From Alphaproteobacteria bacterium (lineage in GTDB: Bacteria; Pseudomonadota; Alphaproteobacteria; UBA828), in assembly GCA_965237415.1 (NCBI GenBank), contig CBDEFM010000002.1, forward strand, positions 2,048,001-2,112,000: a stretch of DNA of 64,000 nucleotides. The letters run 5' to 3'. Made by a program: the position numbers and the translations under genes. Of this stretch, positions 19,110-29,040 are shown piece after piece (position 1 is the first letter of the stretch; each line of letters begins with the position of its first letter). The notes under the pieces were generated by a model. That model saw only the letters and a list, made by a program, of their open reading frames with translations. It searched no databases and was not told the origin of the DNA.

Positions 19110-21188
19110 TCAGTTCGCGCGTTCGCGCAGCGTCAGCACGGCGCCGAGGACGACGATACCGAAGATGATGTCGCGCCAGGCGAAGTGAAGCTCCGAGCCC
19201 GAGACCAGCGTGCCCACCGCCGTCAGCAGCAGAGCGCCTCCGAAAATGCCGAGATAGTGCCCGCGCCCGCCGATGGCGAGCGTGCCGCCCACCAGCACGA
19301 CGGCGATCGCCGGCAGCAGGAAGCGCTGGCCCATGTTGAGGAAGGAGACGGTGGAGAAGCCGGTCATCAGCACGCCGGCGAGCGCCGAGCAGAAGCCGCT
19401 CAGCATATAGACGCCGAGCGTCGTCCGGTCGACACGCACGCCAGAGAGCCGCGCTACCCGCGCGCTGTTGCCGACCGCGAAGACCCGCCGGCCGAAGGTG
19501 GTGCGGTGCAGCACGACATAGGCGACACCGGCGAAGCCGATGAGGAACCAGGCGGCGGGCGCGAGGCCGGCCAGCCGCTCGGTGAAAAACCACACCAGCG
19601 CCGGCGGCGAGCGCCCCGTGGGGATGCCGCCGGTGAAGAGCAGGCCCGCACCCTGCATGATGCCGTTGGTCGCGAGCGTGACGACGATCGCCGGCATGCC
19701 GAAGAGCACCACGCCGATGCCGTTGAAGAGGCCGACGCCGGCGCCGATTGCCAGCACCATCGGCACCGCCCAGTAGGCCGGCCCGTCCATCCCGTTGCAG
19801 ACCGCAGCCAGCACGACGCCGGTAAACGCGAGCGTGTGCGGCACCGAGAGGTCGAGCCCGCCGGTGAGCACCACCGCGCCCTGGCCGAGGCCGAGGACGG
19901 CGAGGAAGAGCGCGAGCGTGAGCAGCGAATTGAGGTAGTGGACGCTCACGCTCTCGCCGCCGATCACCCCGACCACGAGGATGTAGACCACGACCAGCAG
20001 CGTCCACGCCGGCACCATCAGGCGGAGCACGTCCCAGTTCTTGGTGGTCCATTGCCAGAGTTGGGGCCCCTTGAGCTCGTCGCTCACCCGCGGGGTCCAG
20101 CTCGTGGCAAAACGGCCGACATTGGCCCTCGCGCTGCCGTGGAAGGACGGCAGGCTGCGATGCCTCAGCCCCGAAATCTTGAGGCCGGTCACCCGCCAGT
20201 ACTCGGCCAGCGACGTGTCGCGGCCGATGGAGGCGCCGATCACCGCCAGCAGCAGGATCACTGCCTCGGTGATCGGCATGACGTGGGGCGACCAGTTGAG
20301 AACGATCAGCACGTTCGAGATCAGCATCAGCGTAAACGCCGCGAACACCGTGCCGAGGCAGCCGCCCTCGCCGCCGCCGATCCGGGTGCCGCCCAGGATC
20401 GTCGCGGCGAAGATGAGGAGCAGCATGCCGCTGCCGACCAGCGGATCGCCGGAGCTGGTCTGCGCGCTGAGGAAGACCCCGCCCGCGCCGTAGAAGGTGC
20501 CGGCCAGCGTGTAGCCGAAGAACTTCGTCCGTGCGACCGAGATGCCGTTGGCGAAGGCTGCGTCCTCATTACTGCCGACGGCATAGAGCGCGGTGCCGAA
20601 GCGCGAGCGCTTGATGAGCGCCCAGAGACCCAGCGCCAGCAGAATGACCAGGAGTGCCGCAGGGAAGCCGTCGGGGATCAGATCGCCCGTGAAGACCATC
20701 GAGAGGCCGTAGGGGAAGTAGCCGCCGGGGTCCGGCATCAGCAGCAGATTGAGGCCCAGAATGATGAACATCACGGCGAGCGTCACGACCACCGGCTGGA
20801 GCCGGACATAGGCGATGAAGAAGCCGTTGATGGCGCCCACCGCCGCCCCGATGCCGAGCCCCGCGAAGCACATCAGGACCTGGCTCCAGAGAGAATCGGT
20901 GGTGTGAAGCGCCATGATCACGTTGACCAGCGAGAGCACGGCACCGCAGGAAAGATCGAACCCGCCGATCAGGAACACCACCGTCTGGCCCATGGCGGCG
21001 AAGGCCAAGGGCCCCGTGTTGGACGACAGGAAGTTGACCTCGAAATAGCTGATCGGGCCGGGCGAGATCACATCCAGGCAGACGACGATGCCGACGAAGG
21101 CCGTGAACGCGACCAGGAGACGCCGGTTGCGCGCCAATCCCTGCTGCCAGGAAAGGCGCGGCAGCCGTGTAAGCGGTACTTCGCTCAC
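19110..21188 (-). CDS. Sugar-type ABC transporter permease, two RbsC-like domains fused
   Basis: Two repeats of the GG(F/L)DLS...G(T/R)xx(Y/F)AVG.N motif set in 692 aa. Confidence 0.88.
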   Translation of the reverse strand: MSEVPLTRLPRLSWQQGLARNRRLLVAFTAFVGIVVCLDVISPGPISYFEVNFLSSNTGPLAFAAMGQTVVFLIGGFDLSCGAVLSLVNVIMALHTTDSLWSQVLMCFAGLGIGAAVGAINGFFIAYVRLQPVVVTLAVMFIILGLNLLLMPDPGGYFPYGLSMVFTGDLIPDGFPAALLVILLALGLWALIKRSRFGTALYAVGSNEDAAFANGISVARTKFFGYTLAGTFYGAGGVFLSAQTSSGDPLVGSGMLLLIFAATILGGTRIGGGEGGCLGTVFAAFTLMLISNVLIVLNWSPHVMPITEAVILLLAVIGASIGRDTSLAEYWRVTGLKISGLRHRSLPSFHGSARANVGRFATSWTPRVSDELKGPQLWQWTTKNWDVLRLMVPAWTLLVVVYILVVGVIGGESVSVHYLNSLLTLALFLAVLGLGQGAVVLTGGLDLSVPHTLAFTGVVLAAVCNGMDGPAYWAVPMVLAIGAGVGLFNGIGVVLFGMPAIVVTLATNGIMQGAGLLFTGGIPTGRSPPALVWFFTERLAGLAPAAWFLIGFAGVAYVVLHRTTFGRRVFAVGNSARVARLSGVRVDRTTLGVYMLSGFCSALAGVLMTGFSTVSFLNMGQRFLLPAIAVVLVGGTLAIGGRGHYLGIFGGALLLTAVGTLVSGSELHFAWRDIIFGIVVLGAVLTLRERAN

Positions 21189-22741
21189 GGGGCCGCTCCT
21201 GCCTCAGACGCCGGTTGCGCTCGGTCGGCGCCCTCCTCCGCGCCCAGCGCGTAGCCCATAATGGCTTGCTCGGTGATCTCGTCGCCAATCAGCTCCTTGA
21301 CCATGCGCCCGCGGTACATGACCAGCACCCGGTCGCAGATGTTCACGAGTTCCGGAATCTCCGTCGTGTAGTAGAGGATGGCGGCGCCGGCCTTGGCCAG
21401 CGCACGGATCAACACGTAGATCTCGTGCTTGGTGCCGATATCGACGCCGCGCGTCGGGTCGAAGGTCAGCAGCACCTGGCTCCGCGCCAGCAGCCACTTG
21501 GCGATGGCGATCTTCTGCTGGTTGCCGCCCGAGAAGGAGGAGACGGTCTTGTAAAGCGCGCGGGGGTGCACCCGAAGGTCGTTCAGCACCTCGTCCACGG
21601 CGGCGGCCTCGGCCTTGCGGTCGATCCAGCCTGCCGTCGCGAAGCGGTCGATGATCGGGATCGAGGCGTTGGCGCTCCCGGTGAGCCTGAGGAAGAGCGC
21701 CTCGGTCTTGCGGTCTTCCGGCACCATGCTGATGCCGACGCGCACCGCATCGGCTGGCGAGGCGAGCGTCAGCGGCCGACCGCCGAGCGCGATGGTGCCA
21801 CTGTCCACGCCGCGCTCGCCGAAAAGCGCCTCGAAGAGCTCGCGCTGGCCCATGCCCTGGAGCGCGCCGATGCCGAGCACCTCGCCGGGCCAGAGCTGAA
21901 AGGAAAGATCGTCCAGCGTGCCGCCGATCGTGAGCCCCTCGCCGGCGAAGGCCGGTGTTGCCGCGTCGGCCTGGCGGTAGTTCTCACGCTCCGGATAGAT
22001 CGCGCCGAGAGAGCGGCCGATGACGAGGCTGACCACCTCGTCGTCGCTCACCTCGTCGATCTCGTAGGAGCCCACATGCAAGCCATTGCGGAGCACGGTG
22101 AGGCTCTGGCAGAAGCGGCGCACCTCGGCCATGCGGTGCGAGATGAAGACGATCGTCACGCCCTCTGCGTTAAGGCTGTCGATGAGGTCTCCCAACCAGT
22201 CCACGTCGGAGGCCGACAGCGTCGATGTGGGCTCATCGAGCAACAGCACCCGGGGCTCCCGCGCGACCGCCTTCGCGATCTCGATCTTCTGGCGGGTGGA
22301 GAGCACGAGGTCGCTCACCAACGCGTTGGGGTCCACGTCCTCGAGGCCGAGGCGGGCGAAGTGCTGGACGACGGCGCGCTTGCTCCCGCGCCGGTCGATC
22401 TGCCCTGCGACCAGCGGCTCGTAGGGCAGCAGCATGTTTTGGGTGACGGTCAGATCGTCGATCAGGGTCATTTCCTGAAAGGCCGTCTGAATGCCGAACG
22501 CATGGGCGCGGGCTGGCCGCCCGATCACCACGTCGTCGCCGAACACACGGATGTGGCCCGTGTCCTCGCGGACCAGCCCGGCCAGGATTTTGACGAGGGT
22601 GGACTTGCCGGCGCCGTTCTCGCCGATCAGCGCCCGAATCTCACCCTGCGGAATGGAGAAGGATACATCGTCAAGAGCGACAGTGGCGTCGAACCGCTTG
22701 GAGAGGCCCTCGACCTCAATGGCGGGCGCCGCATCGTTCAT
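21185..22741 (-). CDS. Sugar ABC transporter ATP-binding protein (RbsA-like, two NBDs)
   Basis: GENGAGKST, LLLDEPT, FSGGNQQK, DPTRGVDIG. Confidence 0.93.
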   Translation of the reverse strand: MNDAAPAIEVEGLSKRFDATVALDDVSFSIPQGEIRALIGENGAGKSTLVKILAGLVREDTGHIRVFGDDVVIGRPARAHAFGIQTAFQEMTLIDDLTVTQNMLLPYEPLVAGQIDRRGSKRAVVQHFARLGLEDVDPNALVSDLVLSTRQKIEIAKAVAREPRVLLLDEPTSTLSASDVDWLGDLIDSLNAEGVTIVFISHRMAEVRRFCQSLTVLRNGLHVGSYEIDEVSDDEVVSLVIGRSLGAIYPERENYRQADAATPAFAGEGLTIGGTLDDLSFQLWPGEVLGIGALQGMGQRELFEALFGERGVDSGTIALGGRPLTLASPADAVRVGISMVPEDRKTEALFLRLTGSANASIPIIDRFATAGWIDRKAEAAAVDEVLNDLRVHPRALYKTVSSFSGGNQQKIAIAKWLLARSQVLLTFDPTRGVDIGTKHEIYVLIRALAKAGAAILYYTTEIPELVNICDRVLVMYRGRMVKELIGDEITEQAIMGYALGAEEGADRAQPASEAGAAP

Positions 22742-22762
22742 GCGTGCCCGCGCGGAAAAATG

Positions 22763-22803
22763 TGCGCCGGGGCCCTGATCGGCTCTTGGCCGGCCCCGGC
22801 GCA
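22763..22803. terminator. Intercistronic stem-loop after the binding-protein gene
   Basis: TGCGCCGGGGCC...GGCCCCGGCGCA inverted repeat. Confidence 0.5.
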
Positions 22804-22842
22804 GCGGTCGTCATGGATCATGGCGGACGAGCCGCCGATCCC

Positions 22843-23979
22843 TCAGCTTTCGTCGTCCAGCAACCCTTCGGTGGCCGCGCGGAAACCGAGCTCGGGCACC
22901 TGGGGCGACCAGAAGTCAATGGCATAGTCAGGCGGGACGATGCCGGGCTTGATGGTGTTGCAGCCCGCCGCGAACTCGTCCGCCGTGCCGTTTTCGCAGA
23001 GCTTCACGTTGTCCTGCGTGACCTCGACGCCGGTGTACCACCTGAGGTGCGGTACTTCGTTGCCGTCAAGCACCTCCATGGCGGTCTTAAAGGTGTAGGA
23101 CACGGCCCAGAGGCCCGACCCGATCGACTGGCCCGTCTTGCCGAGCGCGCCTTCGATCCCGGAATCGACCGGCAGCATCTGCAGCCGGTTGCCGTTCGCC
23201 GACTCGCCCGCACACGGGATGATTGGGTTATCGGGCCACCATCCGTCTTCCACCTGCATTTGCGAGACCGTGTAGCAGCCGGTCTGCGCCACGATGCCGT
23301 CGATATCGGCCCAGCTCCTGGTGGCCAGCAGCTCACGCATCTTGAGGCGGGCTTCGGAGTGGCTCCACATGCCGACGAGCTCGGCCTGCACGTTGACCTC
23401 GGGATGCCGGGCTACGGCCTGCTTGAAGCCCTTGTGGTGGTCCTCGCCGTAAGACACGCCGGGCACGCCGGTAATCGCAACAATATTGCCCTTGCCGCCC
23501 ATCTGGTCGATCACGTACTGGGTGCGGTAATCGCCGAGCGCGACGCCATCGACCTTCACGACATAGGCGCAGGGTTCGGTCACGCCATTGATCACGGCCA
23601 CGACCACGCCCTTGTTGCACGCGTTCCTGATGACCCTGTTGAGCGCCGTCGGCGAGATCGGGAAGGCCACGATGGCATCCGCGCCGGCCGCGATCATCGC
23701 GTTCATCTGCTGAATCTGCTTCTGCGCGTCGGGGCCCGAGGCCTGGACCCTGAGCTCCACTCGATCGCTGTACTGCGGCGCCCTGGCCATGGCGATGACG
23801 GTGTTCTTCGCTTCCGTCTGCCACGCGTTGCCGACATAGCTCATGCTGTAATAGACGAGGTACTTGCCGTCCTCGGTCTTTGCCTCGGCCTTGTCGGCAG
23901 TCACGCCGGCGGCGAACGCGACGCCCACGCCGACGGCCATCGCCCAGCGGACGAGGCGTTTCGTTGCCCTGATCCTCAC
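22843..23979 (-). CDS. Sugar ABC transporter substrate-binding protein
   Basis: Signal peptide; SMSYVGNAWQ, GADAIV.FPISPTALN periplasmic binding protein type 1 pattern. Confidence 0.9.
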   Translation of the reverse strand: MRIRATKRLVRWAMAVGVGVAFAAGVTADKAEAKTEDGKYLVYYSMSYVGNAWQTEAKNTVIAMARAPQYSDRVELRVQASGPDAQKQIQQMNAMIAAGADAIVAFPISPTALNRVIRNACNKGVVVAVINGVTEPCAYVVKVDGVALGDYRTQYVIDQMGGKGNIVAITGVPGVSYGEDHHKGFKQAVARHPEVNVQAELVGMWSHSEARLKMRELLATRSWADIDGIVAQTGCYTVSQMQVEDGWWPDNPIIPCAGESANGNRLQMLPVDSGIEGALGKTGQSIGSGLWAVSYTFKTAMEVLDGNEVPHLRWYTGVEVTQDNVKLCENGTADEFAAGCNTIKPGIVPPDYAIDFWSPQVPELGFRAATEGLLDDES

Positions 23980-24093
23980 ATCTCCCTCCTCTTATGCTTT
24001 GGTATTCAGCGGTCGATCCTCGTCCTCGAAGTGTGCCGCTCGCGGCCGGGACGAGTCAATCGCCGCCCGTTTCGACCGGCGCCGGGATATGGG

Positions 24094-24364
24094 CTAGCCC
24101 GGAGTTCTCACCAATGTCACGGCCTGCGTCGCGCCCAGACGTTCGATCCGCCAGGAGCGGGCCGAAAAGCGTAGCCCGGTCTACGGTTGAGGCTCGCGAC
24201 GCCGCGGGCGGGCGTCTGGGCGCGACCCGAAGGGCGACGCTCTCCGGCCGACAGTGTGCGTCACGCCGCTTGCCCGATGCCCCGCATCGCGCTGCGCGCC
24301 GTTCCTGCCCTGTCGGCCGGACAGCGCCGCGCAGACCATGACATTGGTGAGAATTCCGGGCTAG
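24094..24364 (+). mobile_element. 271-bp MITE-like element with 26-bp terminal inverted repeats, copy 1
   Basis: CTAGCCCGGAGTTCTCACCAATGTCA ... TGACATTGGTGAGAATTCCGGGCTAG; colinear inverted copy at 41678-41948. Confidence 0.85.
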
Positions 24365-24522
24365 TCACCTGACACTGAAGTTGAGATCATTTTCAATTGG
24401 CAGTGTCGTCACACTAAGTCGCTCTATTGTCGAAGAATGTGGTCGTGCAATATAGTTGTCTTTATGTGGCGAACTTCAGATTCAGGTGACTAGGCTCCCG
24501 CACCGATCAGGGAGGGTGCGAC

Positions 24523-26244
24523 ATGACGGATGCGCGCGACGCCGCCGGGATCGTGGTCGAGACCGACGTCATGGTGAGGATGCGGGACAGCGTGCACCTC
24601 GCCTGCGACGTCTACCGGCCGGCCTCTGGCGGCCCTGTCCCAGCCCTCGTCCAGCGCCAGCCCTACGACAAGCGCGTCGCCCAGACCTACGTCTACGACC
24701 ATCCGGCGGTCTATGCCCGCCACGGCTACGCCGTGGTGATCGAGGACACCCGCGGGCGCTACGCCTCCGAGGGCGAATTCTATCCCCTCCGCCTCGATGC
24801 CGAGGACGGCTACGACACCATCGAATGGTGCGCGGCACAGCCCTGGTGCAACGGCCGAGTGGGGAGCTTCGGCTTCTCCATCTCCGGCGTTAACCAGCTA
24901 CTCGCCGCCGCGCTGCGTCCCCCCCATCTCGCCGCGGCCGTGCCCGGCTTCTATCCGGGCGGCATGTACGAGGGTTTCACCCATGTGGGCGGCACCTTCG
25001 GCCTCGCGGCGGTGATGGACTGGGCGCTGATCATTGCGGGCGAAGCGGCACAACGGCGCGGCGACAAGGAGGTCCTCGGCACCATCGGTGCGGCGCAGGC
25101 GGTCGGCGGCCGCTGGCCGGCGGCGCTTTCGCTCCGGGACATCCCCTTCCTGGAGACTCCGGACCTGCTCCCCTTCCTCAAGGACTATGTGGACCACCCG
25201 GCCCACGGCGCCTATTGGGAGGAATGGGAGCTCGCGCCCCGGCTCGCGCGGATCGACGTGCCGTGCTTCCACGTCAGCGGCTGGTACGACAGCTTCATCC
25301 CCCAGACCATCGCGGCCTACGAGGCGCTGAACGCCGCTGGCCGGGCCGAGCACCGGCTGCTCGTCGGCCCCTGGTATCACATTCCATGGACGCAGCAGGT
25401 GGGCGCCATCGATTTCGGCGACGAGGCGAAGAACGCCGTCAGCGTCTATGAGCGCGCCTGGTTCGATGCCTGGCTGAAGGACGACCGCTCCGCCCTGGAC
25501 GCCTTGCCGCCGGTGCGTGTCTTCGTCACCGGCGAGAACCGCTGGCACGACGCCGACAAATGGCCGCTCGAAGACGCGGGGACCGAGCGCTGGTATCTCC
25601 ATAGCGGCGGCCGCGCCAACTCGCTGAGCGGAGACGGTGCCCTTGACCGGGAGCCGCCTGGCTACGAGCCGCCGGACTTCTTTATCTACAACCCCTTCGA
25701 TCCGGTCCCGAGCATGGGCGGCCATTCCTGCTGCCTGCCGCAGGTCGCGCCCATGGGGCCGATGGACCAGCGCCCGGTCGAGTATCGCAACGACGTGCTG
25801 GTCTACACATCGCCGCCGCTGGATGCGCCCTGTTTCGCCGCCGGCTTCGTCACCGCGCGGCTGAGTGCGGCAACCAGCGCCACCGATACCGACTTCACGG
25901 TCAAGCTCTGCGACGTGGAGCCCGACGGGCGCTCGATCAACCTGTTCGAGGGCGTGATTCGCGGCCGATTTCGCGAGAGCAGGCAAGCCGAAGTGCCGCT
26001 CGAGCTCCATCGGGTCTACGAGTTCGCCATCGATGTGGGCGTGATTTGCCACCTATTCCGCGCCGGGCACCGTGTCCGGGTCGAGGTTTCGAGCAGCAAC
26101 TACCCGGCCTTCGACCGCAACCCAAACACCGGCATGCCGATCGGCAGCGAGCATGCCTTCGACCTTCAGCCCGCACACCAGACCGTGTTTCACGATGGCG
26201 CCCGCCCGTCATTCATCGACCTGCCGGTCATCCGGCGCCCCTGA
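24523..26244 (+). CDS. CocE/NonD family alpha/beta hydrolase
   Basis: RQPYDK, DTRGRYASEG, DGYDTIEW, GFSISG nucleophile elbow, GWYD, GPWYH, C-terminal SSSNYPAFDRN. Confidence 0.92.
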   Translation: MTDARDAAGIVVETDVMVRMRDSVHLACDVYRPASGGPVPALVQRQPYDKRVAQTYVYDHPAVYARHGYAVVIEDTRGRYASEGEFYPLRLDAEDGYDTIEWCAAQPWCNGRVGSFGFSISGVNQLLAAALRPPHLAAAVPGFYPGGMYEGFTHVGGTFGLAAVMDWALIIAGEAAQRRGDKEVLGTIGAAQAVGGRWPAALSLRDIPFLETPDLLPFLKDYVDHPAHGAYWEEWELAPRLARIDVPCFHVSGWYDSFIPQTIAAYEALNAAGRAEHRLLVGPWYHIPWTQQVGAIDFGDEAKNAVSVYERAWFDAWLKDDRSALDALPPVRVFVTGENRWHDADKWPLEDAGTERWYLHSGGRANSLSGDGALDREPPGYEPPDFFIYNPFDPVPSMGGHSCCLPQVAPMGPMDQRPVEYRNDVLVYTSPPLDAPCFAAGFVTARLSAATSATDTDFTVKLCDVEPDGRSINLFEGVIRGRFRESRQAEVPLELHRVYEFAIDVGVICHLFRAGHRVRVEVSSSNYPAFDRNPNTGMPIGSEHAFDLQPAHQTVFHDGARPSFIDLPVIRRP

Positions 26245-26266
26245 CCGCCAAGAGGAGGACATAAGG

Positions 26267-27460
26267 ATGGCCGACGATCGCACCCACCTCACGCCCGCAA
26301 GCGAAGCATGGATGAGCGGCCGACCGGCCTCGGCGGCGGTCAAGGCTGGCGATCTCGTGTTCCTCTCAGGCCAGGCAAGCGTGACCGACAACGGCCGGGT
26401 GACGGACGCGGGCGATGCAAAGGCCCAGACGCGGAACGCCTTCGCCCGCGTTCGCGGAGTCCTGGAGGCGGCCGGCGCCGGCATGGACGACGTGCTCGAC
26501 GTGATGACCTTTCACAAGGACCCGCGCACGATGGATGCCGCCTTCGCCGCCGGCCGCGAGGTGTTCTCCGAGCCCTACCCGGCGTGGACCGCGCTCGGCA
26601 TGGTGGGCGGCCACGATCCGAACCTCGATGTCGTCGTGCGGGTGATCGCCCACGCAGGCTCCGGCGACAAGCAGGGCGTGACACCTGCGGGCTTCGGCTG
26701 GATGAAGGGACTCCCCGTCTCCGCCGCCTGCCGCAAGGGCGACTACCTCTTCACCAGCGGCATCGTCGCCGCCGACGATGAGGGCGCGGTGGTGGCGCCC
26801 GCCAACCACATGGCGCAGGCGCGCTTCTGCTACGACCGGCTCAAGGACGTGATGCGAGCGGCGGGCGGCTCGCTCGACGATATCGTCGACATGATCTGCT
26901 TCAATCACGACGCCCGCGGCATGGACGCCGCCGTCGATACCTGGTGCAACGAGACGGTCGCGGGGCTCCCCATCGGCGAGGCCACCTCCTACACCGCGAT
27001 CGGCATGACCGGCCTCCACCGGATGGGCCAGGTCGGCTGCTACCGCGCCATTGCGGACTTCAGCGCAGGCCCCCGCGTCGCGCACAACCTGCCGAGCATA
27101 CACTGGCACGACCAGCCCATCTCAGGCGCGAGCCGGAAGAAGAACGGGCGCCTGATCGGCATCTCGGGCCAGGTTGCCTCGGACGGGCAGCAGAACATCA
27201 TCGCGCCCGGCGATGTCGCCTCCCAGGCGCACTACTGCTTCAGCCAGATCAGGGGCGTGCTGGAGAAGCACGGCGCGGGCCTCGACGACATCGTCGAGAT
27301 CGTCTCCTTCCACAAGGACCCCAGAGCCTGGGAGACCGTGATGGCGGTGGGCAGCGAGCTGTTTCAACCGGGTCGCGGCCCGGCCTGGACCCCGATCGGC
27401 TGCACCGGCCTCTACCTCGAAGGCTATCTGCACGAGATCTACGCGATCGCCATGGTGTGA
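26267..27460 (+). CDS. Triple-domain RidA/YjgF family protein
   Basis: Three tandem ~130-aa Rid repeats (VFLSGQ..PAWT; LFTSGI..TSYT; IGISGQ..PAWT); RBS GAGGAGG upstream of ATG 26267. Confidence 0.85.
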   Translation: MADDRTHLTPASEAWMSGRPASAAVKAGDLVFLSGQASVTDNGRVTDAGDAKAQTRNAFARVRGVLEAAGAGMDDVLDVMTFHKDPRTMDAAFAAGREVFSEPYPAWTALGMVGGHDPNLDVVVRVIAHAGSGDKQGVTPAGFGWMKGLPVSAACRKGDYLFTSGIVAADDEGAVVAPANHMAQARFCYDRLKDVMRAAGGSLDDIVDMICFNHDARGMDAAVDTWCNETVAGLPIGEATSYTAIGMTGLHRMGQVGCYRAIADFSAGPRVAHNLPSIHWHDQPISGASRKKNGRLIGISGQVASDGQQNIIAPGDVASQAHYCFSQIRGVLEKHGAGLDDIVEIVSFHKDPRAWETVMAVGSELFQPGRGPAWTPIGCTGLYLEGYLHEIYAIAMV

Positions 27461-27486
27461 GTGGGGCGCCTGCCAAGGAGAAACCG

Positions 27487-27876
27487 ATGATCACGCTTCG
27501 CAATCCGGATACCGTCGTGGCGCCTGCGTCGTTCTACAGCCAGGCGGCGGAGGTCGGGCCCGGCAAGCGCTGGCTCCACATCTCGGGCCAGGTCGGCGCC
27601 GCCCCGGACGGCACCTTGGCGGAAGGCTTCAAGGCCCAGAGCGATCGGGTCTGGCGCAACATCGCGGCCCTGCTCGGCGCCGCCGACATGGCGATGGAGA
27701 ACCTGGTGATCGTGCGGGCGCTGCTGGTGGACCGCGCTCACTTGGCCGCCTACCGGGAGATCAGGGACCGCCACCTGGGGGGCCATCAGGCGGCGTCGAC
27801 GCTCCTGATCGTCGCCGGCCTCGCCGATGAGCGCTGGCTGATCGAGATCGAGGCTTTGGCTGCCGCCGAGGCCTGA
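27487..27876 (+). CDS. RidA/YjgF family protein
   Basis: YSQA, LHISGQVG, ASTLLIVAGLA, LIEIEALA; RBS AAGGAG. Confidence 0.9.
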   Translation: MITLRNPDTVVAPASFYSQAAEVGPGKRWLHISGQVGAAPDGTLAEGFKAQSDRVWRNIAALLGAADMAMENLVIVRALLVDRAHLAAYREIRDRHLGGHQAASTLLIVAGLADERWLIEIEALAAAEA

Positions 27877-29040
27877 TCAGGCGGCGTCAGCCTCGGCACC
27901 CACGCCGGCGCCATTCTCGGCCGAGGTGATGGCGCATTCGGATTCACGCCACCACAGCGCGTCCAGATCGGTGACATCGACGCCGCGGTCCCAGATCCGC
28001 GCCTTGATCGGGCCGATGTCGGTATCGAGCGTCTGGTCGAGGTACTTGCCCTTATAGATCGTCGCCCCGCTGGTGCACGGCAACGTGTTGACGCCGCGCT
28101 CGTCGATGCCAGCATCGTGCGGCGTGAGCCTGACCCGCTCCGCCCGCACCGCGATGCAGGCCGGCGATCCCTTCTCGGCCGGGCCGGCGCCGCTCCAGGC
28201 ACCGCTGATCAGATGGCCGCCGATACGCACGCTGGCCGTGCCGTTCTGCACACTCTCGATGGTCCCTTCGAACAGGTTCTCCACCCCCATGAAGTCCGCG
28301 ACGAAGCGGGTCGCGGGCCGGTCGAACAGATCGGTCGGCGGCCCCTCCTGCACGATCCGCCCGCTCCGCATCAGGATGATCCGGTCGCTCATGGTGAGCG
28401 CCTCTTCCTGACTGTGGGTGACATAGATGAAGGTGAGGCCGAGCTTCTCATGCAGGTCGAGGAGCTCCACCTGCATGTCGACACGCAGCTTCTCGTCGAG
28501 CGCGCCCAGCGGCTCGTCCAGCAGCAGGATGGCGGGCTCCGTCACCAGCGCGCGCGCCAGCGCGACCCGCTGACGCTCGCCGCCGGAGAGCTGGTGGACA
28601 CGGCGGCCGTACTTATCCAGCAGGCGGACCAGGGCCAGCGTATCCTCCGCCCGCTGGCGGCGCTGATCCTTGTCGATGCCGCGCACGCGCAACCCGTACT
28701 CGACGTTCTGGCCGACCGACATGTGGGGGAAGAGCGCGTAGTGCTGGAACACCGTCGTGCAGTTGCGCCGTGACGCCGGAATGGCCGAGACGTCCTCGCC
28801 GTCGATGGCGATGCGCGCGATCCGGGTCGGGCTCTCGAGCCCCGCGACGATTCTGAGCAGCGTCGTCTTGCCGGAGCCGCTCTCCCCCAGCAGGGTGAGG
28901 AACTCCCCCCGCCGCGCCGTGATCGACACGTCGTCGAGGGCGACCACATCGCCGAAGTGGTGGGTCGCATGCTCAACCTGCAGGATCTGATCGGCGCCGG
29001 CCGCGGCAGCGCGCGGCGCAACTGCTTCACTGTTTGCCAT
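27877..29040 (-). CDS. Polyamine-type ABC transporter ATP-binding protein (PotA-like)
   Basis: GESGSGKTT, VFQHYALFPHM, LSGGERQRVALARAL, LLDEPLGALD. Confidence 0.92.
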   Translation of the reverse strand: MANSEAVAPRAAAAGADQILQVEHATHHFGDVVALDDVSITARRGEFLTLLGESGSGKTTLLRIVAGLESPTRIARIAIDGEDVSAIPASRRNCTTVFQHYALFPHMSVGQNVEYGLRVRGIDKDQRRQRAEDTLALVRLLDKYGRRVHQLSGGERQRVALARALVTEPAILLLDEPLGALDEKLRVDMQVELLDLHEKLGLTFIYVTHSQEEALTMSDRIILMRSGRIVQEGPPTDLFDRPATRFVADFMGVENLFEGTIESVQNGTASVRIGGHLISGAWSGAGPAEKGSPACIAVRAERVRLTPHDAGIDERGVNTLPCTSGATIYKGKYLDQTLDTDIGPIKARIWDRGVDVTDLDALWWRESECAITSAENGAGVGAEADAA

